DNA of 49,888 bases, counting the filler, from Streblomastix strix (lineage: Eukaryota), in NCBI GenBank assembly GCA_008636045.1. It is 3 parts of 3 records of this genome, joined end to end, with 100 filler letters (N's around TTAATTAATTAA, not from the genome) between each part and the next. Parts side by side here need not be neighbours in the genome. Positions count along the whole stretch, not along the records: positions 1 to 16,565 come from SNRW01000793.1; positions 16,666 to 33,228 come from SNRW01000794.1; 1 more part is not named here. One strand, written 5' to 3'. The notes under the pieces were generated by a model. That model ran no database searches. It saw only the letters and a program-made list of their open reading frames with translations, and had not been told where the DNA came from. Positions within the stretch are counted from its first letter, which is position 1; each line of letters begins with the position of its first letter. Positions 1 through 19,643 of this stretch are shown piece by piece. Made by a program: the position numbers and the translations under genes.

Positions 1-2
1 CA

Positions 3-3000
3 GCATCTCTTGAAACTGGATATATGACAACGATTCTTCGATAAGAAAGAGAAAAAGAAGAATCTGTTCTGAATGGAACTCAAAGATCGGGATTTTTGAA
101 CTGGGCAGGTTTTGGACCTTAGAAAAGGAAATCTATTTCTGATAACAATAATAGTTCAATTGGGCAATAAGAAGAGAAAGGATGCGAGATTAGTTATTTG
201 AACAGTGGGAAACCGATGTTTGTTGTTAAATCGATGCTTCTATCGACTGTTGTGCCCCGAGATCCTCTTGTTAGAAGAATCCTTAGTGAGACTTATGATT
301 CTGAATTTGATTAATAAGATTAATCCTTAATATTACAAAATGCTACTGGTACTCTAAATTCGAAATAAACACCAGCAAAACACACTCGATCATTGTCTGA
401 TAAAGATTAAATACCTGAAGCTTTATAAACATTAAATAAAGATTCCAATAGATCAAGTTCATAACTTAATACAATCGCAAAATCAGGCTCGCAAACAAAC
501 TTATCAACACTTCCTAAGCAACTAACCCTTAGAACAATTCGTAAGAGCCAAAAAATCCTCTCAGATGAAGGATCAGTAGCTTGGGATCATCTGCAAGGAG
601 TTGGCCCATTATTCCAACATACCGATTCTTCAATATTTCCAGAAGAGATTAAAAAAAGAGGCATGAAACTGGAGAGAAAAGATTTTGCCAGGTATTTCAG
701 CTCAATTATGAATGTCGTGCTCAGGAGATTGGTAAGTGTGGCTGTGCATTACAAGAGCAAGTATACAGCATCAGTTATAGATGTTCTTCTTCCATCAGAA
801 CGTAAAGAAGGGTACAGCGAAGATCTGATTGTGTCAACTGACTTCATTTCTTCAACCTCTGATCAATCATTACTAAGAAAAGTAGACAGGGTATGCTTCG
901 AGTAAGGATATGGATCAAAAGTTGTGCACAGGAGCGAAATCGAGAAGAAAATAATCGAAACAGACTCAAATTAATCAGATAATGGCAGTAATACTAGCAA
1001 AAGAAAGAAATCACCAACACCAGCTGTAGCATAATAGAGAAAATTATCCCCTAAACCTCCTGCTGAAACCAAGGAGTAGATCAAACAGATATACCCATAT
1101 CCATCAAATATAGATGAATCTAAGAAAAAGGACCTAAGCTTTGATATTCCAGTCAGTCCAACGATTTATGATGCTTCATAACCTTGGCTTTTCCCAATAC
1201 TTTTCTAGAGATAAGAGAAAGATTGCTTATTACTTGGAGATTATGAAATGATGGTAACACTATCTGATATTGTTACTCTACTAAACCACACTACACAGAA
1301 CAGGAAGATATAGTAAAACCAATAAATTGGTTATAACCAGAAACCTGAAATCTTGACTGAATACATCGAAAATAAGCTCGATTCTGGGTAAAAACTTTTC
1401 CTATTCAAAGATGATATCCAAAAAGCAGCTGCGAGGATTGACGGAGACATAATAATAGATCAGGAAGACAAAGATGACGATGCAGATAATGAAAGCGACT
1501 CTTCAGATTCAGATCAGAAATAGGAATTAAAACTAGATACACCTAGAATAGATAAATCAGACAGTATAACAACCCCAAGATCTGAGTTGACCAAATCTGA
1601 ATTATTCAGAACTGAATCACAGATATTGAGGGAGAGGCATCCAAGAAGTCTATTGTCTATTATTAAACAGGAACAAGAAAGCGACAGCGACGATGATGAT
1701 GAAGATAATAATAAAGATAAACTCGGCAGCACAATAAGGTCAAGCAGATCAAGGAAAGGGTAGAATTGGATCAAAACAGACATACATACAGTTATTTTGA
1801 GAGTTTGGTTATAACAGATGATGATCTGTGCTTGGAAGCGGATGGCGGAAAGGATTGAGTTCGAAATGAGATATTTGGCATCCAGACCTTAATAGGCATA
1901 AATAACCTCACCAAACAGCCCGAGTTAATAGCACCATCAATCACTCACATAGTAATAATTCAAAGCTAATCTAAGCTAAACGCAAACATTACCATAAGGA
2001 TAAACACAGGATGCTTTAATGAAGTAGATGGGTCAGCAATATCTTTCATCTTCTGTATCAGCAACTGGAAGAGCAGCAGCTTTGAGCAGAAAATAAACAT
2101 TCGTTGATGGAAATAAAGACAGATTACCACTGAGTATAAATATAAATCCAGAAAAAAATATTTTAGATACACAACATTCACCAAAAGGTTCTCCCAATAC
2201 TTTATTATCAGTATCGCCAAATCTATCATCAAACACACATAAAAAATCAGATATCAATTTTTCATAGACAAATAGGAGTTTGAAAGATGTAGCGACTGAT
2301 GGAACGATTATTGGAGAGAGCGTTGATTAGAGCACAAGAAAATTGGCTGAAATAGCGAAAAAACTGAGCTAAGTTGTTGATCCAACTTTACCGATTAATG
2401 TCTTCACACTCTTCAAACCGTTGCAGGTATAAAAGGAAGTTTTCAGTTACGATGATTCAAACAAAACCAAGAATAAAAGACCTGTATCAGAATCATTTGA
2501 TAAGAAAATCACAAAAGATTATTCAGCAGAAGATACTCTAAGTTTTGGTAGTGCACTATCTCCAGTATTTGATGAGTTACCACAAGTCTAATCAGAAGCC
2601 AATGTTATCTAAGAAGCATAAGAGACAGATCAAACTTTGATTCCAATACTACCAGCGTTGCTAACGTTTCTACGTATGGGTAAAATGATGGCGTTGTTAC
2701 CCCGAACTATTGGACTTCGACCTCAGAAGCTGAAAGATAAGAAAAAGAAGAGTAAAGATAAAACTTTAAAAAAGGATAAGAAGAAAAATAAAAATAAAGA
2801 ATATATTTCATTAGATTCACCAAGATCAAATAAAATTGGAGATTCTGACAAGATCTCAAATTCAAACTCACTCTAAAAACTTGATAAAGTCTCTGCCCAA
2901 CATTCAAAGTTACTCTTCCGTGATGATGAAGATGACGATGATGATGAAGATGATTACATCAATAAAAATCATGTTGAAATTGTTCCCTTTGAAGAACAAT

Positions 3001-6000
3001 GGGGAGATTGCGTATGGTAATGGATCATAGCTGGATCACTGAAAGAACACCCACTGATAAAAGATTGTAATGAAGAGATGGATTTTTCACAGAATTCATG
3101 GTTCTTCTTCTCTGCTATTATTAAATCGATGTATATGTCTACATATTACAGACTAGAAAGACTTGAATAAGCCGAACCTAAAAAAAAGAAGAAGAAACCT
3201 AAGAAAAATAAGAAGAAGAAGAACAGTTGGGAATCAGAACCAAATATAATCAATGTAAACGGAAAGGGAGAATTTTCTGAAGATTTCTATACACTCTTAT
3301 AAGCTTTCGTTGTTTATTCAGCCATTGCAGCGTCTTTCTCGCAACCGCTGCAGTAAAAAGCGCTTGTTTCTGAACTCGCGACTTTTATAACGCATTTATG
3401 GGTAATCTGCTCAAATGTGAACAGGATCAATTAAATAGTCCTTCTTTTCTTGAAGACTTTCGCTTCACCAGACAGATTGCATGATCACCATTCAAGCAAA
3501 GAAGTTATTGAAACTTTATTGGAATTCTGGTAAATATTGACTTCATCTGAACATTGGATTAGAGTTTCTCTATAATCTGGTGTTATTCAGGACGTTAAAT
3601 TGATGCTATTTCCAGAACCTGACCCAGAAATAAAATTAGCTGAAGAAAAATTAGCTGCTGAATAATAAGCTAAATTAGCAGCTGAATAATAGAAACTGAA
3701 AGAATAAAATGATGGTTGGTTCAAATCAGCTAAGAAAATGTTGACTGGAGGAAAAAATGAACAAAAAGAAGCTGGAAAAACTACAACTGGCACAATTTCT
3801 GATTAATAATCAACTGGAAGTAAGATTGTATAACTGCCTTGGTAATTAAGTGATGATAATTCACAACAACAAAGATAAACATATTCACTCTATAACATAC
3901 ACCGCAACTTAGGTCTATAAACTGCTCCAATAAAGATTGGATAATAACTGCAGGTATTCAACAGCAATAATAATAGGTAACTTATCTCAGGTATTGAACA
4001 ACAGGACTTAAACGAGTAAATTAAGTTCAACAAAGACGCTCATTACTTGTTCTTCCTTCCAACAGTCTTCGTTGACTCCATTTTCCAGTGTGAATTCGCA
4101 GTTATGGCTCTGAACGACAGAATCAAAGCTGAAATATAAGCAGGGAGAGATTTCAGCTCATTATTGTAACCAATCGGTGGTAAAGATGATTAAAAAACAG
4201 CTCAATCAAGTTCTGGCGCTGGTAGTTCAATATAGCAAGGGAATTTCAACTCGATTGTACTTCGAGGCAGTGCACGTCCATAATTAATGCCAAATACATT
4301 TGACGACTTAGGAAGTACTAGAAGACAATCTAATGCATAAGGTGATCATATCTATGACCCAAAAAAGGATACTCAGTATTTATCTTCAAGTTAAAAAAAG
4401 GGAAAATCACTCTCACAATAAGACTACGATGAAATGCTTAATTTATCAAAAGCATCATCTGGATTTGGATAGTCGAGCTCATAAGCTTAGCAAACACAAC
4501 AGCTCCAACAATAACTACAACAAGCTGGATCAATCAAAGCTAAACGAAGCAGTGCAGATGACGTGATGGTATCAATCAGACCTTTCAGTATGTTCCGCGA
4601 GATGTTGGTTAGGTTTGATGTCGACTTAAACACATAAACAGAACTAGCAAAGATGTGCTGTTCCAGAACTCACTTCGCTTTTCTATAGATGACAGTAGAC
4701 AATTGGTCAACATTAATTAAAGTAGATAATATGGAATTAGCGCAGCTGATTCAACTGGGGCATGATCCTGATACTGATAGCACTAAAATTAAGACAACAA
4801 AAGATTTAGGAGCACTGGCTTCACTTGCAAGTCAAGGTGGCGCAGTAGGTTTGATGATGAATGAAGTCTAGTAACCAATAATTGGATAATCATCATAATA
4901 GGATAAATAATCAATAGCCAATAATTAGCTCATCACAGAGTTTGAACTGTACGAAGTGCATCTAATTTGTGCATGGATTTTCCTTAACAGCGATGTGAAC
5001 GTTCTTCGTCGATACTTCCTCTCAATAATAGAACCGCCTCCGCTGATAATATCCACGCTATTCACTGATCAGGAATAAAAAAAACAGAAATCATCAAATA
5101 TGAACAGATTGTTCAATTAAGCATAAAATCAAGTTTCTAATATGTGGAGAAAATCGGTTGGTGGACAAAGTGTATAGTAATTACCTACTTTAGGTTAAAC
5201 TGGACCTACAAATGAATATTTGTAGAAATCACAGGTTAAAAAAGAAAGATAATTTAGGATGTTATAGCTTTTGAATTCGATGGTAGAGTTGTTCCATCCG
5301 ATGTATTTGAAGGTATTTAATAAAATCAAGTTTATTTGGAATTAATTAGCTTTATTATAACTCATAAGTAATAATTAAAAATTTTCAGGTTTATTTTACC
5401 TTTTATTTATTTATTTCAATCTATTTCCTCACATCATTTCAGACCTTCCTCGTTGAAACCGCTCTCCAGAACGAGAAATCTGAGCGCACCAACGCGAACA
5501 AACGGCAAATCGAAGCTGACTATAAACAACCACGTTCGCAATATTTGAAGTATTCTGTAGCTGATAAAAAATAATCTTTTGTAAGATATTAACCCAAATC
5601 ACAGCAGGTTGTTCTTTCCAACCCGATAATATAAGGAACAAGTTCGCTTTCTGCTGCATCAGCGACTTTTCTCATTGAGTAGAACTTGAATTCGATGCCA
5701 GGTTTGGAATTAAATTAATTAGTTAATTATTTTTTATTTGTCAATAATAATTTATATGTTTATTATTTATTATTTTTCTCTTATATTTTTTCTTATTATT
5801 ATATTTAATTATCTATATCTATCTAAATCCTTCATATATATTAATACAGTCGCTCCATCCAGCAGCACCAGCACATCCAGCTCAAGTGTCTCCGGACCAA
5901 CAAATTTCACATCAGCTCCCATATCAAACACAATTCAAATCTCATAAGGCTCGGTCTCAGCACCAAAAGCTTTCGTTTCTGGAGTGTAACAGATGCAGAT

Positions 6001-9000
6001 GACCCAGACTGCATTGGGGTTGATGGAAGACGGGTCATTAGTGGTGCGCGCGAATCAGACTGTAAAATTGACAGGTGGAACATGCATGTTGCAGTTCTAG
6101 ATCTTCTTGAAGCATAGATTAACTTAGAGGCAAAGAGCTGAAGCGAATTATGTATCAATTGCACAAGCATCATCAGCGAATTAAGATAAACCATCACCAG
6201 TTGCTTAATAATAAATTCCACTTGCTATGACTTCTTCTTCTAAAGCTGGAGATAAGTCATTATAAATTCCAGGATCAGAGACAACAAGATCTACTACTCC
6301 AAATATATAATCATCATCATTATCCATACAATCTCCATCTTTGACTGCAGGTGACTCAGTTGATGGGAAAAATAAGAGCCATCCGTCAGTTCAGACTATT
6401 TTCAGTCCCACTGGAAGTTAATAAGGAGCGAAAACAATGGAAGATGCTCTTCAGATGTAAAAATAAGGATCGGCTAATGTAGCTCAGTAATAGAAAAAAG
6501 ATCAGGTTTATTACACATAGATGCTTAAATTCTACAATGTCAAGTGTGGGGAGCCTTTTGTGAACTCAAATACAAACGATTAACATTGGCCACTAGGTTT
6601 CCTAGCAAAAGATATATTCACAATTGTTCTCAAAACGGTCACCGAGATACTCTCAGAATTTTTGGCTCTAACTGTTCACCATAAATACGCCAATGAAGGG
6701 AAACTATGGGCCAGCAAACCAGCTCTGCTGTTCCAGAACACAGGATTCAACGCTGTTATTGACGTCTACCAGAAATGCATTGATGAAGTTGCTAAGATGG
6801 GTGTTCTAACTAAGAAATCTAAACTATAGACTGTAATATAATTACAGCTGTATAGATATGAGCCGTGGGTCTTCGGAGCAAATTCTGCAGTTTTACTCCG
6901 AGATCAAGTGTGCAGATAAACATGCGAACGTGGGCTCGGTTATATTCACGTCAAATTTATATGGTAGATGGCTATTCAACTTATGAGATTGGAGCAGAGT
7001 TTTGAATCTATTCTCTAAATTCTTGGGTTTGTGTATATATTGGTCAAGATGACACCGTATTATGTTCTGGTGGAGGACAAGAAGTTGTGCAAGAAATTGA
7101 TATCGTCGCTTGTAGCGAATGGGAAGTCGGAATCTGCTGGTATGATATAATTTAATTTAAATTGTTTAAATTAATTTAATTTATCAATAAATATTTATTT
7201 TACTATTAATTATTAATATTTAATTACATATATTTTATTCATTTACTAATAACATTATCTTTACTCAGCTGTCCGTTTCCGCACCGCCGCCATATTATAT
7301 TTACTAGTCAAACTCAACGAACTCATCTAAGGAAACATACTCAGAATCCAATCACTCTTCACAATTTACGTCTCAAAAGGATCCAAACTTAAGAAACTAA
7401 CAAAACAACAGAGATAAGAATAAGAGAAACAATAATCCATATAGTAACAATAAGAATTGAATAAACAGCATCAAAAAGCAGCTGAAAGAGAAAAAGAAGA
7501 GAAAAAAGAAAAGGAAAAAGAGAAAGAAAAAGAAGCTAAATAAAAATAAGGTCAAAAGGGTGAAAAAGAAAAATAAGCTCCAACTGCTGATGAATAAGCA
7601 GAGAAAGATAAAGAATAGGCGAAACGTGAAGCTGATTAATTGAAGTTGAACAAAAAAATTATGTCTGAGCTGGATGATACTATTACTGAACAAGAGGAAA
7701 TCGCTATGAAAGATACACTGGACAAGTTCATATCTTTTGCTGAGAAAGATCCTGATACTTCTCCAAAATTGAAAGAAGAAGCCGTTTCAATGGGGAAATT
7801 GCTGAATAATGTCTTCTAAGAGGCGTGCGCTGTAGCCAAGTTAAAAAATGTAGATGATGAATTAACAGCTGATCATGCTTATAAGTTGTGCGTAAACTAT
7901 GCGAGTTTCCCAGAGCTCAGATTGACGAAATTTGATACACTTCGTGCAGTGTAGGAAATTTCATAGAATTACGATGAAGCTGCACATACGTAATTGGCCA
8001 AATGCGCAGTTATTCTGGATATAGTATCTGCACTGCTTCGAGTCAATGAGAAAGTCAGAAGATGGAAAGAATAATAGGAATCCGAGCTGAAGCTTTTCTA
8101 AGACCAGAATGTGTAAAATGAACCATAATCTTTCTTGGGGACAATTTTAACCACTTTCACAGGCAAAACTGCCGTTCAAAGCTCAGCTGCTAGTTAATCT
8201 GATAAACCATCTGAATCTGGAAGTGTGCTTCTTAGCGGGAGAGGTGCACAAACTCAGCCTGGGTCATAATAAGCACAACAACAACAGAAAAATGCAACAA
8301 TTCTACAAGAATAATAAGATGAGAACTAACAACCTGGTGGACCTGAGGATAAACTTGACCCTGGGTCTATTGATCAGCTGCTTAAAATATAAGGACTGTT
8401 TTATAGGGATATTATGATTGATATAACTTTCCCTAACTTACTTCCAATAAGGAGTGATATGCTAATCTAGGATCAATTTGGGTTATTGAGATTAGACACC
8501 AGAAACGAAGATGAGAAGATTGTTGCAAATAAGAAGAAAAAAGCAGCAGCTAAAAAAGTTAGCAAAGCTAAACAAGAACAATTAGCTAAATTACCACTAT
8601 AGAAACAGCAGTAATAACAAGAACTGGACGAGATGGCCACTCTCAGACAAGTAACACAAGGATATGGATCAGCATGGTGTTGTTGGGATCAAGTTTTCTT
8701 CTCAATCTTACCATCGTTCAAATTATATTCACTGAAAGAATTGGAAACTTTCTTGAATGATAAGGATATGGCTGAAACCATATACCAATCTTCCTTCTTT
8801 GATATACCGACATGTATAAAAGAGCTCTGGCATGCAATTCAATTATTCCAAAAAGCTGAACTGTATGAATATGCAGTTAGAGTATCTCGAATACTGGAGT
8901 CTTTCTTAATAGCTGCAGACAATCACAAATCACTGAATCAGTTATATATTCAGATGATGGGTGATTCATCCAGGAAAGTTGCTGATTTGGGCGTAAAAAT

Positions 9001-10429
9001 CAGAATCAGGACTTGTTTCTACCGTGTTGGACTGTATGGAGTACCTTTCTCAGAGGAAAATGGGAAGTAGTTTATAATGAAAGAGTATAATTACTTAAAT
9101 GTTGGCGCGATGAAGTTCAAATTACTGGATAAATACAAAGCGAGGTTTAATGATCAATTAAAGGGTGATTCAGAAAATGCACCAGGAATCAATCCTAACG
9201 AGACTCTTAAAATGACCTTACACATCGCTCCTACACTTTCCAGAGAAGGAACTTTGAGGAACACAGTCAAATAAACTATTGAACCTATAGTGATATCATC
9301 AACAGATATAGCAGATGTAGAAAAGAAAGGAGGTAAAAAATCTGAAGTTCCACTAATCCATCTAATGTCAGTCAAACCTTACTTCTAAGATGAAGTTGGT
9401 GCAGCTGAAGACGACGAAGATGAAGGAAACGACGATATCGATGGATTTGTTAGAAAAAATGAGTTCTACAGGCGTGTCAGACTCAGAAGGTATTATTTCG
9501 ACGAACAATTCACTAAATAAGAGGAGGAGATTAAAAAGGGTATTTTCCAGCCAAACGCACCAGCACCTCAAGCACCAGTACTTCACCCACCAGGCTGGAT
9601 GCCTAAGAAGAAGAAACCGCCGGGAATGGAAGAAACCTGGTTGAAGAGAACCATATACACAACAACAGATCCACTTCCTTTCTTAACTAAAAGGGTTAAG
9701 ATCACGAAGAAGAAAACACTCGAGATTGAGTTCACGCCAGCACAGACAGCTATGATGGACGTTAGAAAGCGAACCACTGAAATAAAAAGGATGATGGAAT
9801 CGGTGTTTGATGAGAGGTAACTGACTCATATATTGTAAGGAGCTGTGGCGCCATCAGTCAATGCAGGGGTCATATCAATTTACCGCTGCTTCCTTGGTTA
9901 GGAGAATTAGAAGCTTAGAGTTGAAAGAAAAATGAAAGAGAATGATGAGAAGAAGAAGAGGAAGTAAAAATTTGATTCTGAATAGAAAGTTATTGAAGAT
10001 AAATGGGCGATTGAACTTGAGTTGTTGAAGTCAGATGAAGATGCTTATTAGAAGAAGGAGAAATAAATCCAAGAATTAAAAGATGTTAATCTCAATAAAT
10101 TCAAAGAGACAGAGAAATTATTCCAGAATGAAATTGACGAACTCGATGCCGAGGACAAAAAGAAGGACGAAATCTTCCGCAGATATGTCACATCCCAGTA
10201 AGAACTGATCGAAAAAGCCAAAATGGCTTTTACAATACTTGAATTCTTCAACATATGCTACGATGCTATCCTCTATTTAGCTGAGAAATCTTCTAATGCA
10301 GACATGGTTCAGTTATTGACGACGAACTACAACTCGAAAGTTGAGGAAATTAGAGAAGTCATTCCATCTGCTAGAATAATTGGGGAAGAAATCCCTGAGG
10401 AGGATGAATTATAGGAAGGTGATGTTTGA
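3..10429 (+). CDS. DOCK-family (DHR-2 domain) Rho/Rac guanine nucleotide exchange factor, >3300 aa, 5'-truncated, 3 introns (~5313-5442, 5702-5849, 7140-7268)
   Basis: Continuous frame when TAA/TAG are read as Gln, with GT-AG introns that join in phase. The C-terminus has DHR-2 hallmarks: LFQKAELYE, FYRVGLYG..F.EENGKQFI.KE, WLKRTIYTTTDPLPFLTKRVKI, EFTPAQTA, ILQGAVAPSVNAG. Ends at TGA 10427-10429. Confidence 0.85.
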
Positions 10430-11020
10430 TTGATTAATTGATGTGTTGATTGATTGATTGATTAATTGATTGGGTTGATAATGATATTATATATTTAACT
10501 GGCTGTGATGATTTAAAGTTTAAATTGAGGGGCTGAAAGGAATAACGTTTTTTAAGATGCGAGTGTTTTTGTTTTAACTTACGTTATTCTTTTAGGAATT
10601 TAATCATTGATCGTAGCACTCATTCTATATTTATATTAATATATGATATTTCTACCAAAGTTGACTTTTATTTTCATAAAATCACTTCATATAGCAAATA
10701 AATTTCTAATTCTTAATTTAAACATTCTGCTTTTTTTTTATTAGTGAATAATATCCTAAAGTCAGAACAGCGTTTATGCTCAAAAAAATTAATTGTTATA
10801 CTGATAGATCATAAGTGATTTAAAAAATAATAATAAATACACACTAAGAGGAAAACACTGGAGTTGAACTATAACAATATAATTAATAAAAATAATAAAA
10901 ATTTGAAGAAATTGGTGCTTCGAGCTCTCCTTTCTCAGAAAAATAAGTGAATGAAAGAATATTTGTTATAAATGTAAGAGAAAGGTGTAAGAGTTTGAAT
11001 TTGTATGATATCAATCACTT

Positions 11021-16565
<5,545 letters not shown>

Positions 16566-16665
16566 NNNNNNNNNNNNNNNNNNNNNNNNNNNNNNNNNNN
16601 NNNNNNNNNTTAATTAATTAANNNNNNNNNNNNNNNNNNNNNNNNNNNNNNNNNNNNNNNNNNNN
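16566..16665. other. Artificial contig linker (N-TTAATTAATTAA-N)
   Basis: 100-nt N run with a central six-frame stop cassette; identical to the second linker. Confidence 0.97.
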
Positions 16666-16938
16666 TTATAATGTGAACGTAATAGCAATGGTGCATTAAC
16701 ATTTGATGGATTAGATACTCAAAATTAAAATACTTCAGTTGAATTACGTGGATAGCCAATTTACTAAGGTGCAGTTGATACTTATTATAATGTTGATACT
16801 AATGGAAAACATCCACCTCCTCCAATTCTGTGCACAGTTCATGATACTTTCTGGCTATTTAGCCCTGCAGATGGAGGATCATGCGTCTATGATACAAATC
16901 ATTCATTCGATGAGGTTATTGGATAAGTAACTGCTTGA
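16666..16938 (+). CDS. C-terminal 90 aa of a putative major capsid protein (5'-truncated by contig end)
   Basis: Table-6 ORF LQCERNSNGALTFDGLDT..SVELRG..PPPPILCTVHDTFWLF..; beta-strand-like pattern in Polinton context. The capsid assignment is inference. Confidence 0.45.
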
Positions 16939-16969
16939 TATTGATGATTATTATTTTTGCTTATAGAAA

Positions 16970-17362
16970 ATGGCTTATAATCGTGCAATAATTAATGATA
17001 TGACTTCAGCTCAGAATGTAAAGCGCTTCGTAATAATGTAGGATGATTGTACGTTTGATGAAGGAAAGTTTAAAGTATAGTTACCTTACGATTTTGTTAA
17101 TTCAAATAATTAGCGAAAAATAACGTTCATATAATGTAAGATTTTTAATACTCCTGATATAGTTTCTATTCATTCAACATTAGTATAAGAAGAATAATAT
17201 TATGATAATTTTGTAGATTTCTGTAATGAAACAAGAACAATTAATGAATTTTAATAAATGAATCATTAGTCAAGTATATTGATTTGGTTCAAAAATAATA
17301 TGAATTAGAATATATCATAAATGGATATAAAATTTGTTCTTGAATTAATGCTTCAATATTGA
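16970..17362 (+). CDS. 130-aa beta-rich protein, candidate minor capsid/penton-like protein
   Basis: ATG..TGA ORF (MAYNRAII..FKVQLPYDF..SIHSTLV..ILIWFKN..KFVLELMLQY) with alternating hydrophobic strands, next to the capsid candidate. Confidence 0.4.
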
Positions 17363-17529
17363 TTGTGAACTATTTTTATGAATTACTGAGTGAGGAGGAA
17401 TTCCGCCATACCATCTGATATAGAGATTAGTGATCAAATTATCGGTGCAATTGACCCGCTAAATGTGTCCTCTCGATTTATTTTTATGAATTAATCAAAA
17501 TATAATTTGGATTTTTTTATTATAAGCAA

Positions 17530-17805
17530 ATGGATTCAAAAACAATAACCGAATTATACTCACAAACGTTATAAGATTAATGTAAATAATTGAATGAACT
17601 TACTTTAAAGAACAAAGAACTTACACAAAAGAAAAAAGAACTGACATAATAAATTAAGTAAAAAATAATCAATAGATTAGTAGGTTTAGCTTATAGCTTT
17701 GTTGATCCTATGGCTTATGAAAATGATGAAGATACAAGATTAGAATTAATGGAACAATTTGATGCAGAAGTTGATGACATTATCAGAGATGTTAAAGTAT
17801 TATGA
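17530..17805 (+). CDS. 91-aa hypothetical helical/coiled-coil protein
   Basis: ATG..TGA ORF in table 6 preceded by the element's T-tract/AAATG motif. Confidence 0.65.
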
Positions 17806-17885
17806 TGCTAATGTAATTATTTTTCAAGCATTAATAAATAATCGTTATTTCAATTTATTAATCAAACTTTTTATCAAATCTGAAA

Positions 17886-18740
17886 ATGGAATCAACCGTA
17901 ATTGAAGACAGTTAGCAAACTTTCATCAAAACTTCATATAGTGGAATCGAGATAATTGTTCGCAAATCAGATGGATACGTTAATGCTACAAAGATGGTCG
18001 TAACATTGAAGAAAAGTGAAAGAAGTAGAATTGAATCATTATTTAAATCTAAAAACTGGATAGATTTCTTTGATTATTTTAAATAAGAAATCGCAAAAGA
18101 TTCTAGTGCCAAAATTTTGGCAGTAGACTATTACGAGCAAATTAACAAATATTCCGTAGATTATAGAGGATGGTATGTCCATCCAAAGTTAATTAATTAC
18201 ATTGCTTTTTGGGCTTCACCAAAATATGCTTATACTGTTACATAGATAATGGACAAAATTAACGAAAGAATCTAACTTTCTCATTAACTCGATGACACAA
18301 CTTCAATGGCTGTTCATGCAGATATTGTTTTCAATCAAGAGCTTGAAGAAAAAGAAATAATAAATAATTAACTTCGCTAATAGCTTAATAACAAATAGTA
18401 AGATCTTACAGCTGCAGGCGTTCCAATTCATCATGAAACTTAATATATATTATTCTTAGAGTAGACTAGTGTAGATGATGGATATATAACTTACAGCATT
18501 AGAAAATAAGATAAAAGTGGAATGTCACCATATAGGCTCTAACGCTTAAAAAATGAATCAGTTCTTTTCTTTGATAATTTACCAATTGCAATGAGCCAAG
18601 GATAAGAGTTAGTTACAGCCATTAATTAGAACTTTGAAACTAAAGTTAAAAATAATAAAATTAGAGTACTAAATACAGATAGAGTTAAAGATATATTGTT
18701 CAACTTCATTAGATAGACTATTGAACAATTGAGAAGGTGA
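17886..18740 (+). CDS. KilA-N domain DNA-binding protein (284 aa)
   Basis: IIVRKSDGYVNATKM..YRGWYVHPKLINYIAFWASPKYA is a classic KilA-N signature, followed by a coiled coil. Confidence 0.9.
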
Positions 18741-18775
18741 GTTTATGCTTCATTATTTATTTTTGTTTAATTGAA

Positions 18776-19180
18776 ATGTCTAGAGTATTATTCGATAGTA
18801 AACTAATCAAGAATCATAAATCCTAAGACAAAATATAATAATTACCTGAACTAAAAATAATCAAAAAAACTGATATATAATCGTTGACGTTTGATTCGAC
18901 AGATGAATTTCATTAATATTATGCAGCTAATAAAGAATCTATTGATAAGATGCCAACTGTAAAATTAAATAAATTATATAAAATTGAAGGATATATCTTC
19001 ACAAGATAGAACGAATAAATAGCATTGAAATAAGCGAAACATAAACCATCAGAACAAATTGAATTATCTAATCTATAAGAATAAATCAAAGAAATAAATG
19101 CAAAACTAACATATTTAATTAGCTTCTTTGAATAAAAATAACAATCAACCTCCTACGAAGATGATGAATACGTTCATTGA
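18776..19180 (+). CDS. 134-aa hypothetical element protein
   Basis: ATG..TGA ORF (..FHQYYAANKESIDKMPTVKLNKLYKIEGYIFTR..) with the upstream motif. Confidence 0.65.
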
Positions 19181-19218
19181 ATCCTTCAATATTAGGTCAA
19201 TATCCTCAGTCCTAAAAA

Positions 19219-19569
19219 CTGTGCCAGCCTGCCGAGTTGGACCCCCTAATATTGACCCCCTTAGCGTCGGTCGGTCGCTCGGACGGATTTATAATTTGAG
19301 ATAAGCGACTGAAAAAAATATATTTTGACTAAATTCATTCATCAACCTTGCACAGTAAATCATACATTTATCTCATATTAATAGTTCATCGATTGTATTA
19401 TTTTTATCAATATTCTCTATTTCTATAATTCGGCACAAAATGACCATATTTAGGGAAAAATTAAGGGAGTTTTATTAAAGCTGCTCCGCTAGAAACATTT
19501 CTTTAGCGCCCGACCGACCAACTTTCATTTTGGCAAAATTACGGGGTTCAACTCGGCACGCTGGCACAG
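19219..19569. repeat. GC-rich imperfect inverted repeat (59-bp arms 19219-19277 and 19511-19569)
   Basis: CTGTGCCAGCCTGCCGAGTTGGACCCC.. pairs with ..GGGGTTCAACTCGGCACGCTGGCACAG; 46/59 matches by hand count. Confidence 0.85.
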
Positions 19570-19643
19570 ATTCTCAAGCTATTGAGATTCACTCCAATTA
19601 TGAAGAACTAAAAATAGAACTAATTGAGAATGAAATTTCTATA

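Noticed and set aside
7397..7693. Hydrophobic F/L-rich ORFs (also 22155-22409 and similar) as membrane proteins
   Set aside because: Antisense shadows of K/E/Q-rich coding sequence on the other strand.
1..10429. Massive pseudogenisation suggested by frequent TAA/TAG
   Set aside because: Frames stay open for kilobases without TGA and motifs are intact, so this is codon reassignment.
16566..16665. Palindromic TTAATTAATTAA within Ns as a biological site, and adjacency of host genes to the viral region as an integration junction
   Set aside because: Synthetic linker repeated at 33229-33328. Contig lengths 16565, 16563 and 16560 indicate size-sorted concatenation, so nothing can be inferred across linkers.
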